NCBI GenBank assembly: GCA_022822375.1 | Contig: JAJEBU010000100.1 | Span: forward strand, 558 to 64,557 | DNA: 64,000 nt | Origin: Dehalococcoidia bacterium | GTDB lineage: Bacteria > Chloroflexota > Dehalococcoidia > Bin125 | Direction of reading: 5' to 3' | Shown here: positions 27,826-37,330 of the stretch, piece by piece | Layout: each line of letters begins with the position of its first letter | Numbering within the stretch: the first letter of the stretch is position 1 | Notes under the pieces: generated by a model | The model's database searches: none | Told to the model about the DNA's origin: nothing | The model's input: only the letters and a program-made list of their open reading frames with translations | Program-made: the position numbers and the translations under genes

Positions 27826-27861
27826 CCGCCACTGCCGTCACTATATGCCGAACGCGCCGTT

Positions 27862-30147
27862 ATGCTCGCAGCCATGACCGACCTGCTGATCTCCGGGGCG
27901 AGCCAACCGCTCGGTATCGTCGACCTCGACTCCCTCAACCAGGCTCAGCGTGCGGCGGTGACCCATCCGCACGGTCCCGTGCTCGTCATTGCCGGACCCG
28001 GCTCGGGCAAGACCCGCGTCATCACCCACCGCATCGCCTGGCTGATCGAGCAGGGCACGCCGCCGTGGCGCATCCTCGCCGTCACCTTCACCAACAAGGC
28101 CGCGAGAGAAATGAGATCGCGGCTGGAATCGCTGATCGGCCTCGAACAATCGAATGAGGTCTGGCTCGGCACCTTTCACCGCATCTGCGTGCGGATGCTC
28201 CGCGCTCGCGGCCAGGAAATTGGCGTCCCGTCAAGCTTCATCATCTTCGACGCCGATGACCAGACGCAGATCGTGCGCAACTCGATCAAGGAACTGAACG
28301 TTGACCCCAAGGAGTTCTCGCCCCGAGCGGTGCTGAGCCGCATCTCCCGAGCCAAATCGGAAGGCACGACCCGACAGGAGTTCTCCGCGACAACCCGCAC
28401 GTACTTCGAAGAGATCGTTGCTCGCATCTGGGAGCGCTACCAAGAACAGCTGTACTCGGCGACTGCGCTGGATTTCGACGACCTGCTGCTCAATACACTG
28501 GCGCTGCTCGACGTCGAGACGGTCCGCCAGTTTTACCAGGACCGCTTTGAGTATGTCCTGGTGGACGAGTTCCAAGACACGTCGACCGTGCAATACCAGT
28601 TGGCGCGCGCGTGGTCGGGCGGCACCAACAATCTGACCGTCGTCGGTGATCCTGACCAGTCCATCTACTCCTGGCGATCCGCCGACATTCGCAATCTGAA
28701 CTACTTTGTCCGCGACCACGAAGACGCGGCCGAGGTGCAGTTGAACGACAACTATCGCTCGACCCAGCAGATTCTGGACGCGGCCAACGCGGTGATTGAT
28801 CGCGCGGCCGATCGGATCAAGCGGAAGCTGGTGACCAACAACCCTGACGGCCCGCTACCCGTCTTGCACGAGGCATACAACGAGGTGGACGAGGCAGAGT
28901 ACATCTCTGAGCGGGTGGTGCAGGGACAACGCGATGGCTCGCTCGGTTTCGGCGACGCGGCAGTGCTCTACCGCACCAACGCGCAATCCCGCGCGATCGA
29001 AGAGTCGCTGGTTCAGCGTGGCATCCCCTACCGTCTCGTCGGCGCCACGCGCTTCTACGACCGCCGCGAGGTCCGAGACCTGCTCGCCTACCTGCGCCTC
29101 ATCCGCAATCCTGCCGATGCCGTCGCCTTCGCTCGGGTCGTCAACGTGCCAACGCGCGGCGTGGGGGCGAAGACACAGAACACGTTGACCGACTGGGCCA
29201 GCCTCAACGCGCGCTCGCCATTTCAGGCGGCCGCATCGGCCGCCGGCATCGACCGCGACGCGCTGCTTGGTCGCTTTCTGGAACCGCCCGCAGTCTCGAA
29301 GCGGGCATCGACCGGGCTGGCACAGTTTGTCTCTGTCATCCAACAAGCACGCGAACGCGCTGCGACAAAACCCCTCTCAGAGGTCCTGCAGCAACTGCTC
29401 ACGGAGCTTCGGTATCACGAGTGGATTAAGCGGCAGTCGGAAGGGAATGTCGACGCCGAGTCCCGCTGGGAAAACGTCCAGGAACTGATCTCGGTGACCG
29501 AGAACTACGCAATGATCGCGCCTGGCGCGGCGCTCGACGCGTTCCTCGAAGATGTCGCGCTCGTCGCCGACGTGGACGACCTGCCCGACGAGCCTCCCGA
29601 CGCCGTCACGCTGATCACGCTGCACCAGGCCAAGGGGTTGGAGTTTCCGGTCGTCTTCATGGTCGGCATGGAGGAGGACCTTCTGCCGCACCAGCTGTCG
29701 ATTGACGACCCAACGCGACTGCAGGAGGAGCGGCGGCTCTGTTATGTCGGCATGACCCGCGCGATGCGCGAGCTGCATTTGTTGCACGCCTTCCGCAGGC
29801 GGTACCAGGGTCGATCGGGGCGCAACCAGCCGTCGCGCTTCCTGGCGGACATCCCAGAGGAGCTGATCCAGCAGCACCAGCGCCAACGCGCGCCCGTCGG
29901 CGCCGACGTACGTCCGGCGCGGAACCGCAGGATCAGATGGGAGGACTACGACAGCTCGAACCTCGAATCGGATCGGCCGCCGTTGTTCGGCCTCTCGCCG
30001 GGTGAGGCGGTGTCGCACGAGGTCTACGGTCCCGGTGTCGTCGTCGGTATTCGGACGGTCACCGACGACGTCGAAGTGACCGTTCGTTTCGAGGACGTCG
30101 GCGAGAAGCAGTTGCTCGCATCGATGAACAACCTCTCGCAGCCCTAA
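27862..30147 (+). CDS. pcrA: ATP-dependent DNA helicase PcrA/UvrD (SF1)
   Basis: A 761-aa ORF with GPGSGKT (Walker A), VDEFQDTS and the C-terminal ...TLHQAKGLEFPVVFMVG motifs. The alternative ATG at 27874 is also possible. Confidence 0.9.
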   Translation: MLAAMTDLLISGASQPLGIVDLDSLNQAQRAAVTHPHGPVLVIAGPGSGKTRVITHRIAWLIEQGTPPWRILAVTFTNKAAREMRSRLESLIGLEQSNEVWLGTFHRICVRMLRARGQEIGVPSSFIIFDADDQTQIVRNSIKELNVDPKEFSPRAVLSRISRAKSEGTTRQEFSATTRTYFEEIVARIWERYQEQLYSATALDFDDLLLNTLALLDVETVRQFYQDRFEYVLVDEFQDTSTVQYQLARAWSGGTNNLTVVGDPDQSIYSWRSADIRNLNYFVRDHEDAAEVQLNDNYRSTQQILDAANAVIDRAADRIKRKLVTNNPDGPLPVLHEAYNEVDEAEYISERVVQGQRDGSLGFGDAAVLYRTNAQSRAIEESLVQRGIPYRLVGATRFYDRREVRDLLAYLRLIRNPADAVAFARVVNVPTRGVGAKTQNTLTDWASLNARSPFQAAASAAGIDRDALLGRFLEPPAVSKRASTGLAQFVSVIQQARERAATKPLSEVLQQLLTELRYHEWIKRQSEGNVDAESRWENVQELISVTENYAMIAPGAALDAFLEDVALVADVDDLPDEPPDAVTLITLHQAKGLEFPVVFMVGMEEDLLPHQLSIDDPTRLQEERRLCYVGMTRAMRELHLLHAFRRRYQGRSGRNQPSRFLADIPEELIQQHQRQRAPVGADVRPARNRRIRWEDYDSSNLESDRPPLFGLSPGEAVSHEVYGPGVVVGIRTVTDDVEVTVRFEDVGEKQLLASMNNLSQP

Positions 30148-31661
30148 ACAGGGAGCCCCATCGCTCGTCGGACGTGATCCACATCAATATGCGCCTCGAC
30201 GAAATCGGCCAGCTTGTCATACTCGGCGTCAGGATCGACCTCGGCCTGCGCCGCAGGCAGGGTGCGCCCCTGCCGCTCTGCGGCGCACTCGAGGATTGAC
30301 CGTCGCAGCTCGCGGTTGTGAAACAGTCCGTGCAGGTACGTGCCAAACGTCAGTCCCTCAGCATCAAGAGCACCATCGGTGCCCGCAACCGGCCGTCCTG
30401 AGCGGGTCAGCAGCGTGATCGGGCCGCCCGCCTCGGCCGAGACGCCCATATGAATCTCATATGCCGTCAGTTCGGCATCCACGCAGCCGCTCAGCAATCC
30501 GCGGGCGCCCGACACTCGCGCTGTCACCTGGTTGGTTACTTTCTGGGGATGAAACGTCGTCTCCTGCGGCAACAGACCCAGACCCAGCGTCGACGGTGTC
30601 GACGCCTCGATCGACAGCGGATCGAACAGCTCCCGGCCCAGCATCTGATAGCCGGCGCAGATACCGATCAGCGGCGTGCCGTCGCGGCGTGCGTTGATGA
30701 TGCGTTCAGCCAGGCCGGTCGATCGCAGCCACTGCAGATCGTGCACCGTCGTCTTGCTGCCCGGCAGGACGATGAGGTGAGGGCGGCCGAACTCACTCAG
30801 GCTGCGGACGTAGCGGACGCGCACGCCAGACTCGTTCCGGAGCGGATCGAAATCGTCGAAGTTGGCGATGTGCGGGACTCGGATCACAGCGACGTCGACG
30901 ACCGTCTCGGCGTCCGAGCGCGCAGCCGCCTCGATGCCGAGCGAGTCCTCCTCGGGAATCTGAATGTCCGTGAAGTAGGGCAGCACGCCAATGGCGGGGA
31001 CGCCAGTGTGTTCCTCGAACAAGTCGATGCTGTCGGTCAGCAGCGTGGGGTCGCCGCGAAACTTGTTGATCACGTGGCCGGCGACGAGCGCCCGCTCCTC
31101 AGGCTCGAGCAGCGTCATCGTACCCACAATCTGCGCGAAGACCCCGCCGCGCTCGATGTCCGCGACCAGCAGCACCGGCGCGTCGGCGTACCTGGCGACG
31201 CGCATATTGACGATGTCGTGCTGCTTCAGGTTGATCTCTGCTGGGCTGCCCGCTCCTTCGATGACGACCACGTCGAACTCGCGCCGCAGCGAGTCCAGCG
31301 CCTCAGTCACTCGCGGCCACAGCTGTTGTTTCAGCTGGTAGTACTCACGCGCCGAGCGGGCTGGCTGCGGCCGTCCGAGCACCACAACTTGTGAGCGGGA
31401 CTCGGCCTCGGGCTTGAGCAGGACCGGGTTCATCTCGACGCGCGGCTCGACCATCGCCGCGGCCGCCTGGACCGCTTGCGAACGGCCGATCTCACCGCCG
31501 TCTGGCGTGACGAACGAGTTCAGGGACATGTTCTGCGCCTTGAACGGCGCCACCTGGTAGCCCGCTCGCGCAAAGATGCGGCACAACGCCGCCGCTAGCA
31601 CCGACTTCCCCGCATGCGAGGATGTTCCCTGCACCATCACGACCTTGCCCAACGCGCTCAT
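30144..31661 (-). CDS. cobQ: cobyric acid synthase
   Basis: A 505-aa ORF. MSALGKVVMVQGTSSHAGKS is the CobQ/CbiP P-loop N-terminus. Has a C-terminal glutamine amidotransferase domain (GICAGYQMLG). Confidence 0.9.
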   Translation of the reverse strand: MSALGKVVMVQGTSSHAGKSVLAAALCRIFARAGYQVAPFKAQNMSLNSFVTPDGGEIGRSQAVQAAAAMVEPRVEMNPVLLKPEAESRSQVVVLGRPQPARSAREYYQLKQQLWPRVTEALDSLRREFDVVVIEGAGSPAEINLKQHDIVNMRVARYADAPVLLVADIERGGVFAQIVGTMTLLEPEERALVAGHVINKFRGDPTLLTDSIDLFEEHTGVPAIGVLPYFTDIQIPEEDSLGIEAAARSDAETVVDVAVIRVPHIANFDDFDPLRNESGVRVRYVRSLSEFGRPHLIVLPGSKTTVHDLQWLRSTGLAERIINARRDGTPLIGICAGYQMLGRELFDPLSIEASTPSTLGLGLLPQETTFHPQKVTNQVTARVSGARGLLSGCVDAELTAYEIHMGVSAEAGGPITLLTRSGRPVAGTDGALDAEGLTFGTYLHGLFHNRELRRSILECAAERQGRTLPAAQAEVDPDAEYDKLADFVEAHIDVDHVRRAMGLPV

Positions 31662-32725
31662 CGGGTCTCGTCCGATCTGAGAACTTCGGTCAGCACATCG
31701 ACCAGCCGTGCGGACTGATCGAGGATCCGAACGCCGATGCGGATGTGACCCGGCAGCCCGAACGACGTGCAGTCGCGCACCGCGATGCCCCGTTCCAACA
31801 GCGCCGAGCGGACGCGGGCGGCGTCGCCGACATCGACCAGCAGAAAGTTCGCGGCGGACGGCGTGACCGCCAGACCGAGAGTCTCAAGCCGAGCTGCGAG
31901 AAACGCTTTGGATTCGCGAACGACCTCGCGCGCCGCTTCAACGTGGGCTTCGTCCTCCACTGCGGCCAGTCCCGCCGCCTGGGCGACCGAACTCACGCTC
32001 CAGGGCGGCTGCAACGCTCGCACTGCGGCGCACAGGGCCGGCGGAGCGATGAGAACGCCCAGCCTCACGCCAGCCAAAGCATGGTGTTTCGTCATGGATC
32101 GCACAATAGCCGCGCCGTACCGCTCGACCAGCGGCTCGGGCGGCCATGCGTCGGCGACCAATGGTGCGTACGCATCGTCCAGGACGAGCAATCCGTTTGC
32201 CGCAACGGCCGCGCTGATCCGTTCGACGGTTTCAGCATCGAGGTAGACACCGGTGGGATTGTTCGGATTACAGAGGAAGACGACCGTCGGTCGCAGGCTG
32301 CGGATGGTCGAGAGGGCTCGGTCGATGTCCCAGCGAAACGCATCAGCATGTTCGGCGTGAAACCGGTGAATCTCGGCCCCGGCGATCTTCGCTGCGGCCT
32401 CATATTCGCCGAATGTGGGATCGAACACGAGGCAACGGTCGCCAGGCTGCAGGGTCGCGCGACAGACGAGGTGAATCAGCTCGGTCGCGCCGTTGCCGAC
32501 CAGCAGATGGTCCGCTTGAATGTCCAGCGTTGCCGACAGCGCTTCCACGAGAGCCGTGCAGTTGCGATCCGGGTACGACGCCAGGTCGGCGCCTGCGGCG
32601 GCCCGTCTCACGGCATTTGATGTGCCCAGCGGATTGATGTTGGAGCTGAAGTCGAGCACGTCCTGCGGGCGCAGACCCAGAGACCGCAATTCCGCCAGGT
32701 CGAGCCCGCCGTGGGTGACCGTCAT
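31658..32725 (-). CDS. cobD: L-threonine-O-3-phosphate decarboxylase / class I-II aminotransferase-fold enzyme of cobalamin biosynthesis
   Basis: ORF 31658..32737; ATG at 32725 (MTVTHGG...), which overlaps the cbiB stop (ATGA). PLP-fold motifs FLCNPNNPTG...SMTKHHALAGVRLG. The cob gene context supports the CobD/CobC assignment over HisC. Confidence 0.7.
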   Translation of the reverse strand: MTVTHGGLDLAELRSLGLRPQDVLDFSSNINPLGTSNAVRRAAAGADLASYPDRNCTALVEALSATLDIQADHLLVGNGATELIHLVCRATLQPGDRCLVFDPTFGEYEAAAKIAGAEIHRFHAEHADAFRWDIDRALSTIRSLRPTVVFLCNPNNPTGVYLDAETVERISAAVAANGLLVLDDAYAPLVADAWPPEPLVERYGAAIVRSMTKHHALAGVRLGVLIAPPALCAAVRALQPPWSVSSVAQAAGLAAVEDEAHVEAAREVVRESKAFLAARLETLGLAVTPSAANFLLVDVGDAARVRSALLERGIAVRDCTSFGLPGHIRIGVRILDQSARLVDVLTEVLRSDETR

Positions 32726-33696
32726 CCGAGTGCCCAATGCCTGAGGGCCAGCAACGCGAGTGTCGCGACGGCGCCGAGCCCGGCGCTGCCGAGCGCAATG
32801 CGGTTGCCGCGGCCGATGTCATCAGCCGCCGGCGGCGGAAACTCCGCGCCGAGTTTGTAGTGATCCGTTTTTTCCAAACACCGTCCGAGCGCACCAGCCA
32901 TCGCGGACATCGTCCAGCCGGCATTGGGGCTCTCGGTGATGTGTTGGTCGCGGCGCATGATCCTCCAGCCAAGCGTCGCTGAGCCAGATCCCAGGCGGGC
33001 TGCAGCAAGCATGAGCACTGCGCTCAGGCGGGCTGGCAAGTAGTTCAGCACGTCGTCCAGCCGCGCTGGAAACTTGCCGAGATACTCATAGTGGCCGCGC
33101 TTGCCCCACATGCTGTCGAAGGTATTGACCGCACGATACGCTGCGGCCGCTGGCAGGCCGAAGACTCCGAACGCCAGCCAGGGCGAGATGAAGCTATCGG
33201 TCGTGTTCTCAGCCACGGACTCAATCGCCGCCGCGGAGACCAACGCCGAAGAGAGCGACGCGCGTTCGCGGCTGACCAGGCTGATCAGCTGCTCGCGAGC
33301 GTGGTCCAGACGCTCCGATTCCAATGCTCGCTGCGTCTGAGCGGCGGCGTCAACCAGCCCGCGCACGGCAAACGTCGTCCAGAGCAGCAGTGCCCCGCCA
33401 ATCACATATGCGGCCACGTGCAGCGCCGCCAATCCGGTCATGGCCGCCCATGCGAGGGCTCCAGACGCTGCTGCCAGCAGGATGACCACGGCGGCGCCGA
33501 AGGCAAACGCCGGCAGTGGGGCGTGCGGGGCAACGCGCTCGAACGTCGTGATGCACCGTCCGATCCAGACGACCGGATGCAGCGTTGCCGGCGGCTCAGG
33601 CAGGATCCGATCCAGGATGATCGCCAGCAGGATGATCCCCGCGTCGGCGGCGAACGCTGCCCGCCAGTCGTCGAGCGGGGTGGGAATGACTTCCAT
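32722..33696 (-). CDS. cbiB: adenosylcobinamide-phosphate synthase (CbiB/CobD membrane protein)
   Basis: A 324-aa polytopic membrane protein with the CbiB motifs (...PVVWIGRCITTFER..., SFISPWLAFGVFG...). Confidence 0.85.
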   Translation of the reverse strand: MEVIPTPLDDWRAAFAADAGIILLAIILDRILPEPPATLHPVVWIGRCITTFERVAPHAPLPAFAFGAAVVILLAAASGALAWAAMTGLAALHVAAYVIGGALLLWTTFAVRGLVDAAAQTQRALESERLDHAREQLISLVSRERASLSSALVSAAAIESVAENTTDSFISPWLAFGVFGLPAAAAYRAVNTFDSMWGKRGHYEYLGKFPARLDDVLNYLPARLSAVLMLAAARLGSGSATLGWRIMRRDQHITESPNAGWTMSAMAGALGRCLEKTDHYKLGAEFPPPAADDIGRGNRIALGSAGLGAVATLALLALRHWALG

Positions 33697-33705
33697 GCGG
33701 CGGGT

Positions 33706-34641
33706 CTAGCCCGCCGTTGACGATTCGCGGCGGCGCGCCTCCTCGGTGCGCACGCCGCGCTCGAACGTTGACAGCGCGTCGCGCAGCGAATCCTCGGCCG
33801 ATATGTCGAGCGCCCGCGCCTCCATCACCAGATCGAGCAGCCGCTCGCCGATGCCCGCTGAATGCGCCCCGGCGGGTTCCCGACTGAAGCCATTGCGCTC
33901 GGCGCGGCCTAGGATCGACTGCGCCCGCGCCAACGACGGCAGCGTCTTGGGCACGCCGTCGAGCACCGACTCTCGCTGCGGCCGTTCCTCCGCCTTGATC
34001 CGTTCCCATGCTCCTTCGACCAACGACGGCGTGTCAGCGGTCCCGTCTCCGAACACGTGCGGATGGCGGCGCACGAGTTTTGCGCGGATGCCCTCAGACA
34101 CATCGTCGAGCGTGAAGTGGCCCGCCTGCTCGGCCAGCTTGGCGTGCAGCACGACCTGCATCATCAGATCGCCGAGCTCTTCTTTCAGCTCTGCCATGTC
34201 GCCGCCGGCGATGGCTTCCAGCACTTCGTAGGTCTCCTCCAAGAGGTGCGGCCGCAACGACTCGTGAGTTTGTTCCAGATCCCACGGGCAGCCGTCGGCG
34301 GGGTCGCGCAGACGGTCAATCACGCCTCGTACGCCATCTGGCGCATTGCGGATGTCGAACGGCTCGATCGGCGCGAACACCAACGCCTGCGCCTCGGCGC
34401 AGCCCCTCAAGACATCGGCGACGGTGGTCGCCCTCAAGGACTCATCGCGGTCCACGACAGTCACGGCATGCGCATCCGGATAATGACGACAGGCATTGGC
34501 GACTCCGCCCGGCTCATCGATCAGGACCAGCAGCACGCCGTCGGTGACTGGCGGTTCGGGGGCAGAGCTTCGCACGACGGCGACCAACGGCTCCTCTTTG
34601 AGCTGCGTCAGTTCGATGATCCTGGCGAGTTCGGGCGGCAT
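33706..34641 (-). CDS. mazG: MazG nucleoside-triphosphate pyrophosphohydrolase with a ~100-aa N-terminal extension
   Basis: Residues ~105-311 contain two tandem MazG halves (first: EETYEVLEAI...EELGDLMMQVVLHAKLAEQAG...RRHPHVF). The N-terminal 100 aa have no recognisable MazG motif. Lies 9 bp upstream of cbiB. Confidence 0.75.
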   Translation of the reverse strand: MPPELARIIELTQLKEEPLVAVVRSSAPEPPVTDGVLLVLIDEPGGVANACRHYPDAHAVTVVDRDESLRATTVADVLRGCAEAQALVFAPIEPFDIRNAPDGVRGVIDRLRDPADGCPWDLEQTHESLRPHLLEETYEVLEAIAGGDMAELKEELGDLMMQVVLHAKLAEQAGHFTLDDVSEGIRAKLVRRHPHVFGDGTADTPSLVEGAWERIKAEERPQRESVLDGVPKTLPSLARAQSILGRAERNGFSREPAGAHSAGIGERLLDLVMEARALDISAEDSLRDALSTFERGVRTEEARRRESSTAG

Positions 34642-34683
34642 CAGAACTCCGTTGGTCGTTGTGCTCGATACGCTCTAGTCGTT

Positions 34684-35388
34684 ATGAATCTTATCGCGCC
34701 GCTTGGCTGGCCCATCACGCACCAACTGGCCTGGACGCTCATGCACAGCGCCCTGGCGCTGGCTCTGCTGGTCCTGCCGATTGCGTTGGCGGTGCGCTAC
34801 GCGGCCACATCGGAGTCCTGGTGGGAGCGCGGCTTTGAACGCTACGACGCGGTGTCGCGGACAGGACTCACCCCTGCCGAAGTCGACCGCGTTGCGGCGG
34901 AAACGCGCGACTACCTAGCCAACGACGACGACCTGCTCAACGTCAGCGTTGATGGTGCGCCGTTCTACTCCGAGCGAGAGGTGCTGCACATGGTCGACGT
35001 CAAGCGTCTGATGGCGCGTGTCTACGATGCCGGCTGGGCGGCCCTGGGGTTCATCATCGCGTTCGCGATCATCACGTTCTGGCGGTCGAAACAAGCGCTG
35101 CGCCGCCTGGCGCGATCAATCCTCAGCGCCTGCGGGATCGTCGCGCTCGTCTTCGTGGTCCTCGCGATCATTGGGCTCAGCGGATTCGACGCTGCCTTCC
35201 GCAGCTTCCATCAGATCTTCTTCACCAACGATCTCTGGCAGCTGACCTCGCGAGACTCGCTGATCCAGCTGTTTCCCCAGCGGTTCTTCTTCGACACGAC
35301 CGTCTTGATCGCCCTGGCGATCCTGATCCCGCTGACGACGCTGAGTGCACTGAGTTGGTTTATCGTCCGTCGGACGGAACCGCGCTAG
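34684..35388 (+). CDS. TIGR01906-like integral membrane protein (DUF1461 family)
   Basis: The ATG at 34684 lies inside the long ORF 34057..35388, whose upstream part is antisense to mazG. The 234-aa product has four or more TM helices with extracytoplasmic loops. Confidence 0.55.
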   Translation: MNLIAPLGWPITHQLAWTLMHSALALALLVLPIALAVRYAATSESWWERGFERYDAVSRTGLTPAEVDRVAAETRDYLANDDDLLNVSVDGAPFYSEREVLHMVDVKRLMARVYDAGWAALGFIIAFAIITFWRSKQALRRLARSILSACGIVALVFVVLAIIGLSGFDAAFRSFHQIFFTNDLWQLTSRDSLIQLFPQRFFFDTTVLIALAILIPLTTLSALSWFIVRRTEPR

Positions 35389-36896
35389 TCGATGCCTTCG
35401 TACCAACCGGCTCCGAAGATCAGATCGCCGCGCCGCTCGATCCAGCTGTGCTTGGGCGCGTCCTCGCCCGTTTCGGGGTGGGTGAAGAGGTAGCTGACCC
35501 ACTCACCGCCGCCACGATCACCGGCGCCATGCTCTGTGACCGCGGCGATGGCTGCGCCGTAGTCGAACCCGTTCGCGTCGATCCGCTCCCGGGTCGTGCC
35601 AACGAGCTCAGGCCGCGTTGCGTGAGCGACCGTGTACAGACCGTCGTCGCGATCCTGAAGAATGAACACGTACCAGGGTCCGTCGCTGCTCTCCGGCAGG
35701 TTGTAGTAGTCCAGCGCGGCCTGACGCCCCTCTGAGTCGTGCAAGTCCACGGCCTGCTGCACCAGTGCGCGGGCGTAGCCGGCCGGATGTTCGGCCGCGA
35801 GGTCGTAGTTGCGGTCGTACCAGCCCGATCCGAAGATCAACCCGTCGTGCCGCACCAGCCAGGTGTGCTTGTGTTGATAGCGCAGTTCGTCATCTGGATT
35901 GGGGAACACATACGAGATCCAGCCGCTGGTCTCGATGGCCAGCGTGTCATCTACGTAGTCGTAGCCAGTGACGTCCTCGCCCGACCCTCGCAGGTTGCTG
36001 CCCAGCCAACCGGGGCGGTCGGCGCGCGCGCCATTGACCAGACGCGTGCCGTCCGCGTTGTGGATGAACAGGTACCACTCACCGTCGATGCTCGCGGAAG
36101 CGTTGTATTGCTCGAACGTCGCCTCACGGCCCAGCACGCGATACATCTCGAGGGCGCCCGCAACGTAGGACTGCGTGTACGCGCCCGGCGCATGCTGCTT
36201 CGATGGCGCATCCTCGTACCAACCCGATCCGAAGATCAGGCCGTCGTGCCGGACCACCCAGCTGTGCTTCAGTTCTGGCTGTCCGCTCAACGGATTGGTG
36301 GACGGGTAATCGAGCCAAGCGCCACGGGGATGCGCGGCGGCGAGCGTCATGCGTCCGACCGGATACCCTCCCGGTCCTTCAACCTCAGCCGTTGGAGCGC
36401 CGACCAGCTCACGATTGAGATGGGCGATCGTGTCGCCCTGCTCATCGATGATGAACACGTACCACTGACCGTCAGCGCTCGCGGGAGTGTTGTAGTACTC
36501 GACCGTCGCTTTGCGGCCGTCGCGGTCGTAGCGAGCGATGGCGGCTTCCACCGTGGCGCGGGTGACGGCGACGGCATCCGCACGATCAACGGCCGCGCCT
36601 GAAGCACTGACCGTGAACGAATCGCTGGAGTACCAGCGGCCAGGCTCCGGCTCGATCGGCAGGAACCGAGCGTCAGGCGCGTGGATCTGCCACTCCCCGA
36701 CGCGGTCGGACTGGGCCCGCACCTCGACTCGCCCACCAACCGTCTGGCGGGCTTGCAGGCGCACGTCGATACTGCTGGATGCATCGTCGTGGGAGACCGC
36801 GGAGTCCCCCGGCAGGAATCCAGCCAAGATCACCAGCGCGCCCACCACGGCGGTGAGCAGCGCGACGCCGGCCGCCAGCGCGGGGGTGCGCGTCAT
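35385..36896 (-). CDS. secreted/membrane-anchored protein with three tandem sCache_2-like ligand-binding domains and no output domain
   Basis: A 503-aa ORF with an N-terminal hydrophobic anchor (MTRTPALAAGVALLTAVVGALVILAGF). Three ~150-aa repeats each contain YYN.P.S.DG.WYVFI.D..G..IAH and KH(S/T)W(V/L).RHDGLIFGSGWY(E/D), the characteristic single-Cache_2 pattern. Confidence 0.6.
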   Translation of the reverse strand: MTRTPALAAGVALLTAVVGALVILAGFLPGDSAVSHDDASSSIDVRLQARQTVGGRVEVRAQSDRVGEWQIHAPDARFLPIEPEPGRWYSSDSFTVSASGAAVDRADAVAVTRATVEAAIARYDRDGRKATVEYYNTPASADGQWYVFIIDEQGDTIAHLNRELVGAPTAEVEGPGGYPVGRMTLAAAHPRGAWLDYPSTNPLSGQPELKHSWVVRHDGLIFGSGWYEDAPSKQHAPGAYTQSYVAGALEMYRVLGREATFEQYNASASIDGEWYLFIHNADGTRLVNGARADRPGWLGSNLRGSGEDVTGYDYVDDTLAIETSGWISYVFPNPDDELRYQHKHTWLVRHDGLIFGSGWYDRNYDLAAEHPAGYARALVQQAVDLHDSEGRQAALDYYNLPESSDGPWYVFILQDRDDGLYTVAHATRPELVGTTRERIDANGFDYGAAIAAVTEHGAGDRGGGEWVSYLFTHPETGEDAPKHSWIERRGDLIFGAGWYEGID

Positions 36897-36971
36897 CGCT
36901 GAGCCAATCTACGCTCCCACCACCGACGGGGGGAATCAGATGAGAACGATTCGAGGCGTCTTCGGCGAGCC

Positions 36972-37226
36972 TTAGTTGAGGCCGCCGTGTCCGCCCGCCC
37001 CACAGCCGCACGATCCGCGTCCGCAGGCGCAGCCGCCGCCCGACGGCATGGCATCCTCGACGCCCGCCTCCGAGAACTGTCCGGAGTGCGAGACCACGGC
37101 CGCCGTCACGACCTTTTGAGCCACGTGACCACAGTCGCAGTCATACGGCTCAGACGCTTCGGTGATTGGGCGCAGTTTGGTGAACTTCTCGTTGCAGGGG
37201 CGGCAGTAGTACTCATACATGGGCAT
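36972..37226 (-). CDS. FmdB-family zinc-ribbon protein
   Basis: MPMYEYYCRPCNEKF...CDCGH... is a CxxC...CxC ribbon, and the Gly/Cys-rich tail is typical of the FmdB family (TIGR02605). Confidence 0.75.
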   Translation of the reverse strand: MPMYEYYCRPCNEKFTKLRPITEASEPYDCDCGHVAQKVVTAAVVSHSGQFSEAGVEDAMPSGGGCACGRGSCGCGAGGHGGLN

Positions 37227-37330
37227 CAGCGTGGCTCCAGGGCTTGGCGAACTCTCGTGGGTATGGTCTCAGGATACGAAACCAGCGGAGCGCGTCAAAT
37301 GCGCCTCGACTTAGGCATACACTCGACCTA

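Noticed and set aside
33697-34683. Cobalamin riboswitch upstream of the cob genes
   Set aside because: cbiB is preceded by mazG with a 9-bp gap, and mazG by only ~42 bp before the next divergent gene. There is no space for a ~200-nt B12 element and I saw no B12-box-like sequence.
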